DNA of 52,027 bases, counting the filler, from Bipalium vagum (Eukaryota): NCBI GenBank assembly GCA_037834085.1. It is 3 parts of 3 records of this genome, joined end to end, with 100 filler letters (N's around TTAATTAATTAA, not from the genome) between each part and the next. Parts side by side here need not be neighbours in the genome. Positions count along the whole stretch, not along the records: positions 15,764 to 34,517 come from JBBMKC010020333.1; positions 34,618 to 52,027 come from JBBMKC010066621.1; 1 more part is not named here. One strand, written 5' to 3'. The notes beneath the pieces are model-generated. The model searched no databases, was not told the DNA's origin, and saw only the letters and a list, made by a program, of their open reading frames with translations. The translations under genes were made by a program, and so were the position numbers. Shown here piece by piece: positions 26,907 through 37,368 of the stretch. Positions within the stretch are counted from its first letter, which is position 1. Every line of letters begins with the position of its first letter.

Positions 26907-27361
26907 TTAGTATCCCTTTCTTCGCACCATTGCATAATGTGTCATCTCCCACCAGTCATCAGCCTTTCGACCATGTTGCAAAAATCCTGTCAGGCAATAT
27001 CCAAGAACAAAATCTTCTTCGCTAACAGCCGATGTTAAGCTTAGCTGAAAATGTGTCATTCCATCCTCGTCAGGCTTTTTGTGACTTTTGTTCAATCTTC
27101 CTCGAATGATCATGCATCCGTCGACTCCAGATTGAATGAAACGGCCAGTAAGAGATGGCTGCTTCATACCTCCTATTATTTGAGTGATATGACATCTTTT
27201 TCTACGATACCATGGAAATCTGAGCAATAAGTATGAACATAATGCTGGTTGTGCCCAACCTTCATAAGCATGGAGCTGAACTCTGATAGGAGGACCATCG
27301 TGACGAATTAACTGTTGACATCTCTGGCCTCTGCTCTCATAGTAGAACAGTTGGACCATTT
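26907..27361 (-). CDS. Uncharacterised protein, 150 aa from ATG 27359 (single coding exon or terminal exon)
   Basis: Stop-free 150-codon ORF, visibly more GC-rich than its flanks, with a Trp/Cys/Tyr/Gly-rich sequence and no transposon motif I recognise. A good acceptor (ttcaattttacAG, ends 27362) lies 2 nt upstream of the ATG. Confidence 0.75.
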
Positions 27362-27943
27362 CTGTAAAATTGAAGGTATTATACCAAACTTGGATGTGAA
27401 ATATAATAATAAATCATTTATAGGAATAATATTCAAATATAATATTAATCTTCAAATTTATTCATTTTGTTGATTTTATTCACTGTTGAACTTTGTTATT
27501 TTTAGTAGTAGACTGATTCTAACAACAATAATTGTGCTAGAAGGTCTGAATTTAAAGATTAAATGAAGAACAGCCTAGAAACTATAAAACCTAAAAGTCC
27601 AAATTCTTGCAGAAGAAGTTATAACCAAAAATATATGAACACAAGTTACGTGCTCGAATCATGACTGTATTACCCTTTGGACAATTTATATATAATATTT
27701 AAATTCAAGGGATGAACAATCAAGAAAAAGATGTTCAAATTTTTATATTTTGTTAAATAAACAAGGGACACGAAAGCTCACTGAATAGACATAAAATTAA
27801 TACCATGATAGGAAAGTTATGGGTTACTAAAAGAACATCGGAGAGATTGCAAGATATTTCAAGATTTGAGACCAGGATATTAAGTATGAAAAGATGGAAA
27901 TGTATTTTAAGCTTAATCTATTTTATAAAATTACAATAAATCA

Positions 27944-28003
27944 TAATAATAAAAATAATAAAAATAATAAAAATAATAAAAATAATAAAAATAATAAAAA
28001 TAA
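27944..28003. repeat. 9-bp tandem repeat (AATAATAAA)n, about 6 copies
   Basis: Direct reading. Confidence 0.85.
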
Positions 28004-29409
28004 TTAAAAAAAAATAATAATAATAATATTAATTATGTGAAATTCCACTGAAAATTATTCTAAAGTACAAATGCTATGGTTTTGACTATTGCTATCTGAA
28101 GTAATGCAAAACAAAAAATGAGGTATAATTTTCTCCTTTTGCCAATGAGCCAAATGTATTACAATGCAAGGGCTGGCTAGAAACAGTTATGAATTATTGT
28201 TTTACTGAGGCATGGGGAATATATTCATATTTCACTTCCAGAATAGAATTAGACACGAGGAAGGGATAATTTGCTGCTATATTCTACATGGTTTAAAACG
28301 TTTACTTGCTCACTCTGTATGTATGAAACATTTTATTTGTATTTATTATTTAACCCTTTATTAAATGTGTTGCATCAGTTAAAACAATAAATGTTTAATA
28401 GTTAAAAAAATTAATTACGTTTTTCCCCCCTATTTATTATCAGCCAAATAAGTGGTCATTCTCAAGTATTGTTTGACAACCGTGGGACCAGTACCACGAA
28501 ACGTAATTGACTTAGTGAAATATTACAAATGAAAAAATAAATCACATTTTCACATTAATTATTCTGCTAGAGCTTTAAGGAAATGAATTGCTTAAATTTT
28601 AGGCGTTGCCTGTTCACATCATAAAAAGTATGAGATATAGAGAAATGAAGAAATTACAATGATGAATGAAAATAATTAAGTAAAGATATTAAACTAAGGA
28701 TTATTGTTTCATTATTGATAGATTTGGTTTGCATCAATATTTGCCAGCACTTAAAAATAATAATGTCATTAAAGTGATTGCGAAGAATTGGCAATGGCAG
28801 TCAAGAGTTAATGGATTAATAAAGGCATTACTGAAATCTGATAATGAATTAAAATGATGTTGAATTTATAATTATTAATTAGTTTTTAAAAAAATATATA
28901 AAATATTTAATAAAAATATAATAAAAATAAAAAATATATAATATATAATTAAAAAAAGAAATTATATTATGTGTGAAAATAATAACTAATATTATCGTAA
29001 TATTATTTATAATATAATATTAATAAAGTATTTGAGGAGTTATATTAATCTTACAATAAAATAATAATTATAATAGCAATAATAATATAAAATATATTGA
29101 TTATAATTATAATCATAATTGTAATAATTTAATTTTAATATTATATGATACTAAATAAATATTAATAATAAATAAAAAATAATTTATAAATATTTTAAAA
29201 TTAAAATTTCGAGTAATTTATTAAAAATTAACCTTAGTGTAAAATAAGTGTTTTAAATGATTTTCAATAATTAAAATAAATTTACAGGTTTTTTTTGAAA
29301 AAGTAAATAATTAAATTATTCTTCATAAAAGTTTTAGAATATTAATCTTTTTAAATAAATAATAAAAAGAAAACAGTTTTTCAACAATCCAATTATTTTC
29401 GTCAAATAA

Positions 29410-29787
29410 ATATTAATACATTAATTCCCCGGTCTGACACATTTATTACATCATTTTTGTCAAACCTACATGATTTTAAGGTAGTACTAATATTCAATCA
29501 GTGTGTCAAAATTTTAAGAAATCTTCGACTACTGGCTTTTTGCAGACATGAAAAAAATTGCTCCAATGAAATAGATTTGACTCAAATGAAGAGGTGATAG
29601 CCATAATTGAGGCTTATTTTGAGAGCAAAGATAAATACTTTTACAAAGAGAACATCGAAAAGCTAGAGGGTCTTTAGAATGAATGTATAACTCTTGAAGG
29701 AGAGTATGTTGATGAATAAAATTGTATTTATACTAAAAATTGTTTTTGTCTTAATAAGACCGGAGAGTTATTGAGTGATGTGATATA
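29410..29787 (+). mobile_element. Internally deleted Himar1-like (irritans) mariner with both TIRs
   Basis: Left TCCCCGGTCTGACACA (29426-29441) and right AGACCGGAGAGTTATT (from 29757). C-terminus DYWLFADMKK...SNEEVIAIIEAYFESKDKYFYKENIEKLEGL*NECITLEGEYVDE* versus Himar1 NEEVIAETEAYFEAKPKEYY..GIKKLEGRYNRCIALEGNYVE. Confidence 0.85.
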
Positions 29788-31059
29788 CTCAATCTTGATT
29801 TAATGAATTCCAAAAGTGCAGTCAACGTACCAGTAACTAACAATAATAATAATTTAATCATCATGATCATATTAGTAATATTTATAAATTTAATATAAAT
29901 AAGATATTTTGTAAAAATCTGAAAAATAAAAATAAAATATATAAAAAATTAATATTTATGATAATTTTGTTAGAAGGAAAATTAAAACAAAATTCATTAC
30001 TTCAATATAAATAAAAAATATATTTCAAAAATACCTCTTTCATATAAATTTCACAATGAATGTATAATTATCAATTTTTAATACACACTAATTGACTTTA
30101 ATTAAAGGTTAATTTATTTACTTTTTGAAAGAATATTCTGATATGAAAATCGTTATTTAAAACGAAAAAATATATTTATTATGAAAATATTAATTAAAAA
30201 TCAATTTCGAAATTAAAAGGTTTTTTGTCAAATGAAAATCCATATAGACTTCATCGATTATCATTATCAAATTATCATGATTTATTTTTGCAAAGTTTCT
30301 CTTTTCTTTTGATTGATTCTTATTTTCACTTTTACCTCTAATGGAAAGACATAATCAAAATCAAATTATTTCTAACAGTTAATTATAAAAGAAAAAGCTT
30401 CAGAAGTAAGATGAGTGTAAATACTTTTATATTAAATTGTATATATTTTATTAATTGTAATTTAATTTAAAATCAATTAAAACAAAAAGAATTCAGTTAG
30501 TTTTTTTATTTATAAATTCTAAACTGATTTCTATTTTTAGATATTCATTTTTTGTTCATCCACTTCGGAAATATGTTATATAATAATAAGTTATTTAGAA
30601 AAATTATGAGTTATTTGTTTTAAAATATATAATGATAATAATATCAATAATAATAATATTTTAAAAAAAATTAATTAAAATTGAAATACTTAATCTATTT
30701 TTTTACATATTTATATTTATTTTATTTAACATTTTAAATATTCAATGAAAATAATTCTTCAAATTTGATAATAATGTATATTATTATTTATATTTATGAA
30801 ATCTTAATTTTATTCAGATTTTAGGTCAACTCAAAAAAGTCAACTAAAAAATGTTGCATACCTTTCAAAATATACTATAATTATTGTATTTTTCATAATA
30901 ATAAATTCTGAATATTAACTTCAGCTAAGTGAATTTTCGTAAAACCCATAAAAATCAATAAATGATGGAAAAGTATATTCATTAGGAATTATTCAACTAT
31001 TAATAAGATTATTAATATTGTTATTTTTAGTAACTTTATTAAATTTTTTATTCCTCTTT

Positions 31060-31140
31060 TATCATCCAATCAGCACAGCTCGTTCCTGTAAACTGCATCG
31101 GGCACTTTGCATTTTACCGTTTTCCATAGTTACAGTTGAT
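31060..31140. promoter_or_regulatory. Isolated GC-richer island with a strong CCAAT box and an imperfect RFX X-box
   Basis: ATCCAATCAGC (CCAAT 31066-31070) and GTTTTCCATAGTTAC (31119-31133), within long stretches of near-pure A/T. Confidence 0.35.
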
Positions 31141-31315
31141 TAATTATAATTATTTGTTCTCCATATTTTTGCAACATTTTTTATACATTTTCTTAAATAT
31201 ATATTTGAAAATACTATTATTAAAAACGGAAACAAATGATAGTTTTAAAAAATATAAATATATTTCTTATTTAAAAATAGAATATATTTATATAATAATA
31301 TAAATAAGAATATAT

Positions 31316-31317
<2 letters not shown>

Positions 31318-31356
<39 letters not shown>
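31318..31356. repeat. (AAT)n microsatellite
   Basis: Direct reading. Confidence 0.9.
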
Positions 31357-31357
<1 letters not shown>

Positions 31358-33369
31358 TAATAAATAATAATATAATAAAATAAAAATAATATTTATGTAT
31401 AATAATTTTATATAATTGTTAAATATATTTTTCAATATATATTTACTGTTTAAAATAAATTACAGTAGTAAGAAGTAGAATAATAATAATTAATTAATAT
31501 TAAACGAAGTCTAACTAAACGAGTTTGATTAAAGGCCTAGTACAGTTCATATCGTTGAAAGTAATGAGTTGAGCTTACTAATTGAATATGCTATTAGAAA
31601 TCATTAGTCTTAGCATTAGTGTCAGTAGTTTCGAATAATATTCAGACGGCTTTAAAGTTCCTAAAAGTTGAATGACACAAGTGGTTCTAGTTAGGATTAG
31701 TTCTTTAAGAATTTGTTTAAACTAAATTATCTTTCTGTAAAAAGTATACATTTTAGTTTCTCTCATCTCCTATGGTCTCTAAGGCAGTTTTTACATTTAT
31801 TTTACTTTTAAATGAGGCATCCATTTATTTACTTAAAGAAACCTCAAGTTTTCATCAAAGACTAAATCTACCTTTTATTAATGAACTTCAAGTATTATGA
31901 AAATGACACAATATCACTTGTGACATAACAATATGTCATAATAACCACATCAAAACATCCCAATATTCTCTCGATTGCCATTTATTCTTAATTTATATTA
32001 ATTTTAGAGAAAATAAACATGAATATTTTTGTTCTGCTGCAAAATCTGTTTCATCAATTTCAATAAGAAATAATTTATTATTATTTATAATTATCATATG
32101 ATCAAAACATCATACAGGGCCCATCAATCTAAAAAGAAAAATCTTTTAATTCGTTTAGATAATGATATTTAATATTTCTTTAATTATTAAAAAAAAGATG
32201 TTGTTTTAATTAGAAACGTATATTATAAAATATTGAAGATATTTCAAATTAAATTTTTTTCATTTTATTTCATCAAGTATTTATTATAAAAATAAAAATC
32301 AAATAATAAAAGTTTGAAAATAATAGAAATAGAAATAAAAATAGAAAAATGAGAGAAAGTAAAATATGGTTTATAAAGAAACTTTTTATGAAATACTTCT
32401 TAATTATGCTTTTTCAAAGGCAAGAAATATATAAAAAGTTCGGGTAGCTTATTCAATTATGGTTTTATGGAAAATAATATAATAAATTTAATATTACCCT
32501 ACCGATTTCTTCTCATTGCAACAAGATTTAATTCAATTTATTGATAAAAAATATTTTTTAGATCAATTATTGATATAATTGTGACTTCGGCTTGATTCAT
32601 TATGTCAATATTATTCAGAAGATTTGCTTAAAACAGATTTTTATTTCTTATTTTTTCGTGGTACAATATCTGTACTACGAATGTTTATTTATACTGAAAA
32701 ATTAATTATTTTGTCCGTGGTTTTAATCAATAGGAATTTATAATTTTAAAAAAGATTAATAAAAAATTCAAAGAAATTAACTGGATAATTTAAAATAAAT
32801 AGAATTTATATTTATATTTATTTAATAAATTAATAAATTTAATAAATTTTGTTTTATTTCATTTTTTATAATTTAAAAATAATTAATTAATCTTATATTT
32901 ACATAAATTATTGAAGATTTTTATTTTTTGAAAATTAAAAAAAATATTTATTATCAGTATTTATATATACTTATATATAATTTTATACTTTTTAAAAGTC
33001 AAAATTTTGAAAACGACAGGTTATTTAAAAAAATTCCTTTTAAGATTTCAGGAATTATATATGANNNNNNNNNNNNNNNNNNNNNNNNNNNNNNNNNNNN
33101 NNNNNNNNNNNNNNNNNNNNNNNNNNNNNNNNNNNNNNNNNNNNNNNNNNNNNNNNNNNNNNNNNNNNNNNNNNNNNNNNNNNNNNNNNNNNNNNACTAT
33201 TATTATATTAATATTATCATTAAATATAAATATTAAAATATGATTATAATTATTAATATTATTTTAATTATTTCAATTTTATTATTATTTTCATTTAGTA
33301 TTTGCGTTAAAATAATTTTTTATTATACTCCTAAATTAAGAAAAATACTTCGTACCATAATAATAATTA

Positions 33370-34290
33370 AAAAAGCGAAATATTCAATAATTTAGTGGGA
33401 TTCTTTTTATTTTTTTGAAAAACCGTTCTAAATTTGGTAAAAAACTCTGTATTATGATAATATTCCTCCCTGAGCGTCATTCGACTTGGTTTCTCACATA
33501 ACTGACAAGTGAAATCAATGTCAAATAAATAATGCGTTAGACAAAACCAATTTTTATTTATATTTCGTCTTTTCTTTATAATAAAGTCGCACAATATTTG
33601 TAAATAAAAAAAATTGAAAAATTTTTCCAACCAAATTTATTTGAATTTTAATGTTAGTGTCTTTTATTTCTATGTTTTACGCTATTTTCCGAACTCATCA
33701 TCTTCTGACACAAAAGAAACTCCGTCTCTTAAAGACATTCATTTCCTTTAGTCTGTACTATTTATCGTCTCAAATACATTATAAAATGATTATTACTGTC
33801 GTCATATATCGTACTTTTAGGGCGACCAGGTTTATTTTGAGAGGCTTTTTCACTTGAAATATCCATTCTGAATTCACTGAATATTAAGAATATATTGATT
33901 TTTAAATTTCTCAAATATTCCTGTTCATATTAAAAATTTTTTTATCAACACCTCTTTGGAGGAAAATGTGCTTTTAGCACCATCTTCTTTGTAGATTTTG
34001 TATATTCCTCTTAAGATTTTTTTCTTTTTTGTTTCTAAAGGCAAGTCAAAATTTGATATCACGTTCTTTATAGAAATATTATTTGAAATTTGATTTAATT
34101 GTTGTATATGTTTTTCGTAATTCTAAAAATCTGGACACTTTTGCGCTCTAAGAACCAGTCCATTGCAGCCTGTTAATACCGCTAGTATATTTTTTGGCTG
34201 TCCCAGGGATTTTGCAGCATTTGATATCTTGTACAGTTGGATCGGATCATTAAGGTTGGAGTTGATATTCCATGATAGAGGGATGAAATA
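33370..34290 (-). mobile_element. Possible highly decayed LINE remnant
   Basis: LSWNINSN (like the first motif of the AP endonuclease) near 34270 and KPGRPKSTI (RTE-like C-terminal GRP motif) near 33825; many stops. Confidence 0.25.
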
Positions 34291-34819
34291 TCGTCTAAAT
34301 ATCCGACATTTAAATCAAAGTAGGTCCTAATAATTCCACAGCTAATAAAAATAAAATAACGAAGAATATTGTAAATTTATTTCTCATATATTTTAAATAA
34401 TTTTTAAACCGTTTTATATTGGGTAGTTGCATTAAGTCTTGCTGTTTTTTAAAGAAAATAAAAAAATTAAATAAAAACTCAATATACATTTATTTTTACA
34501 TGAGATGTCAAGCAAAANNNNNNNNNNNNNNNNNNNNNNNNNNNNNNNNNNNNNNNNNNNNTTAATTAATTAANNNNNNNNNNNNNNNNNNNNNNNNNNN
34601 NNNNNNNNNNNNNNNNNCAATAACTTATATTTACAGTGTACGGAATTAAATGTTCAAATAAAAGAGGTGTTCATTTATGCAGGTTTCACTGTATTTAATA
34701 ATTAATTACGTAAAAAAACATTTTAAATTGAATTTACGATTAAAAATCGATATTTTTTGTTTGAGTCTATTTCAATGGCCAAGTACTGTAAAACAGTACT
34801 CAAACATTTTTGCACCGAA

Positions 34820-35080
34820 AAGATTGACTTTGTGCAAAACACAGACAACCCTGAAAATCTTCCAGAAGTTCGTTGTATCGAGGATTTTTGGACAGATTTG
34901 AAACAAATAATTTATTAGGATGGATTGGGAGCCAAAAAGGTACTGCTTGAAAAAAATTGACCATTTGGTTGTACAAAGCTTGCCACAAACGAATCGACTC
35001 TGTTCGAAGATTTGGTGTAATAGAAAAATAAATATTAAATGGTTGAATTGATCTTTTAAGGAGCTTTCTAATGATATGTG
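34820..35080 (+). mobile_element. IS630-Tc1-mariner transposase C-terminal remnant
   Basis: DFVQNTDNPENLPEVRCIEDFWTDLKQIIY*DG matches the NP.N.P..RPIEDFW..LK..VY..G variant of the third catalytic motif. Confidence 0.65.
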
Positions 35081-35728
35081 GCATTTTGTTGTATCTGTTA
35101 TTATTCTTGAAATAAATAAATTTTAAATTAGTCTGTATTTTTATTGGTCATCTGTTATAAAAAAGGAAGAGAGAGAAAAAGAATAAATCCCTCTGAATCA
35201 GAAATATATATACTATCTGCAAACCATAAAAAATGGATTTGTTATTTTACAGTAAATAAGAAAGAAGATTTATATTTTTCAAATATATCAGTAATGATAT
35301 AACATTAACAGAAGTCATTTATATTTAATAACATTTACAGTCTTTCCTCTGGAAGCAGTAATTTGGTTGATAGTACAAGATTTCGTGCTGAAGAGAAAAA
35401 CAAGTACTTCTTTGGTAGATCGAAATTCGGCTTGTAACACGACTCTCAATTTTTGAATTATACTATGCCGAAAGTAATTTCACTTTTGAACATTTTTTTT
35501 ACCAATATGTGGAGTTGCATTATTAGTTTTTGAACCAATGCATCTTGTTTGAAACTACAGGCATCATTTCGTAACACATCAGTTCGTCAAAGATGGTATA
35601 AATAATCTACTGTCTTGTAATGAATAGTTTGACATTAAAAATACATATATATTTATCTTGAATTAGATATCGATCTGGGGCTCTTGTTTATAAGTACTTT
35701 TTAAAATATAATTTTAGATTAAATTAGT

Positions 35729-36240
35729 ATGCAAAAAGTGGAATCATACGGCATTTCTAAAAAAATGATTGAAAGCATCGGAGACCTCTAGAATAATATG
35801 TGAATTTGAAGGTGAAAATGCTATGAATTGCAGGCTTGCACAATCTTGGTATCGTCTATTTGAAAGTTCTGATGATGATAAGCCGAAATCGGACAGACAT
35901 CGGTCAATGAGACTGAATTCATAAAAGATACAATTGTATTTATTCGACAGAAAGTACTAGACAATTATCATAGGAGCTAAATATCCCTACAACAGTTGTG
36001 TTTCGTAGTCTTAAAATGCTTTGAGCACGATATCAAAATCTTTTACAAATACTAATTTAACACCTGAACAACAAAGAGACGTTTAAGTGTTTGTCAAACC
36101 TTACAGAACTATCCAAGGGACATATGGTTTTGGCGAAAAATAGTTACATGAGACGAAATAAGAATTTATTATGTGTCCGTTGATAACAATAAACAATGGC
36201 GCCTGTCTGATGGACCATTGGTCCCTGTCCTTGAGCAGTC
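35729..36240 (+). mobile_element. Decayed mariner, N-terminal half (same family as 25440-25900)
   Basis: CEFEGENAMNCRLAQSWYRLFES...WFWRKIVT*DEIRIYYVSVDNNKQWRLSDGPL; shares VSVDN.KQWRLS with the 25.8 kb copy. Confidence 0.75.
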
Positions 36241-36502
36241 AATGTTCCAAATGAAAGTTCTGGAGAATCTCCAGGCCAAATATATATAAGGAGATATTAT
36301 TAGGATTCAAAAATTGTATTACTGATTTTGAAGCATGTTTAGGATAATTATCATGAATCAATTTAAACACTTTGTTTGGAAAAACCAGCGCAACAACTAC
36401 AATATTATGAATAGCTTTATCTTGATATTTCTGGGAATTTAAAATTCCATTAGTTCGTCTAAGTGGACCAACTCCATTTGTAGAAAAATACAATTTTTGC
36501 AC
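36239..36502 (-). mobile_element. Tc1-like transposase fragment
   Basis: GVGPLRRTNGILNSQKYQD...IHDNYPKHASKSVIQFL, then a frameshifted WPGDSPE. Confidence 0.75.
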
Positions 36503-36868
36503 CTCAATAATATCCCTTTATGTATTTGACCTGGAAATTCTCCAGATGCCAAATTATTGATTATCTATAGGAATAGATAACTTGGAAATTAATAAAATGT
36601 CGTTGTTGTAAATGTTGGGGAATATTGGAAGGAAATCCAAGATGCATGGTACAATATTCTTAAAGAATATATACACGGGGTATATGAGTCATTGCCATAC
36701 AGAATAGCTGCCATTGTCAAAGCTAGGGGATGTGCAACAAGATTTTAATTTCCAGATTATACTTACCCTGTTAATATGTTTAAATATAATAATTGTTTTG
36801 TGAAATTGGTTTTGAATACAATTTTTCAATAAAACTGAGAAGGTAAACAGACTTAATTAACGTACTGT
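36503..36868 (+). mobile_element. Tc1-like 3' end with terminal ...TACTG-TA
   Basis: NNIPLCI*PGNSPD...WKEIQDAWYNILKEYIHGVYESLPYRIAAIVKARGCATRF*. Confidence 0.75.
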
Positions 36869-37368
36869 ATACACTATTTATTACGTTTTAAAAATTAAAA
36901 TAACATTTCAATGAACTTTCATTATGGTTTTCTTTAATTGGGTAAGAGTTTATTTCCCTTTCATCTGTAGAAAAATATTAAATGATATTGGAAATATCCA
37001 ATTCATATTTACGAATGAAATCTGAAAATTCCAAAGGCAAACCCCAGAGAAAGAATGGGGGAAAGTGAAACAGATGTCACTCTTTTAAACAGAAATTCAA
37101 GATTGCTTCGTAGATAACCAGATAAGAGATTCAGGAAATAAATAAATAAAATAATAAAATAAAATAAATAAATTTGGAAAATTTATTCTTGGATTATTTA
37201 AAATTAATTTATTGTCCAATTAAACATAAGAAAAATAAGAACATTTTATTTATATTTTAATTATCTGAAAAATTTTCGTTAATGATCCGAATTTGAGTCT
37301 TGACAATTTTAAGAAATAAAATTTTTTTAATTTGGAAATATTTTTAAAATTTTTTTTTGTCCTTTCAG

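Noticed and set aside
30860-30900. Minus-strand mini-exon MKNTIIIVYFE with an AAG|GTATGC donor as the first exon of the 150-aa gene
   Set aside because: The donor is phase 2; joining it to 27361 puts the ORF out of frame and hits a stop within a few codons.
32928-33243. ORFs of 102 and 78 aa
   Set aside because: They span an N-gap and low-complexity AT sequence.
37332-37368. [12 protein letters not shown] as the signal peptide of the EGF gene
   Set aside because: It starts at TTG and is the polypyrimidine tract of the acceptor at 37368.
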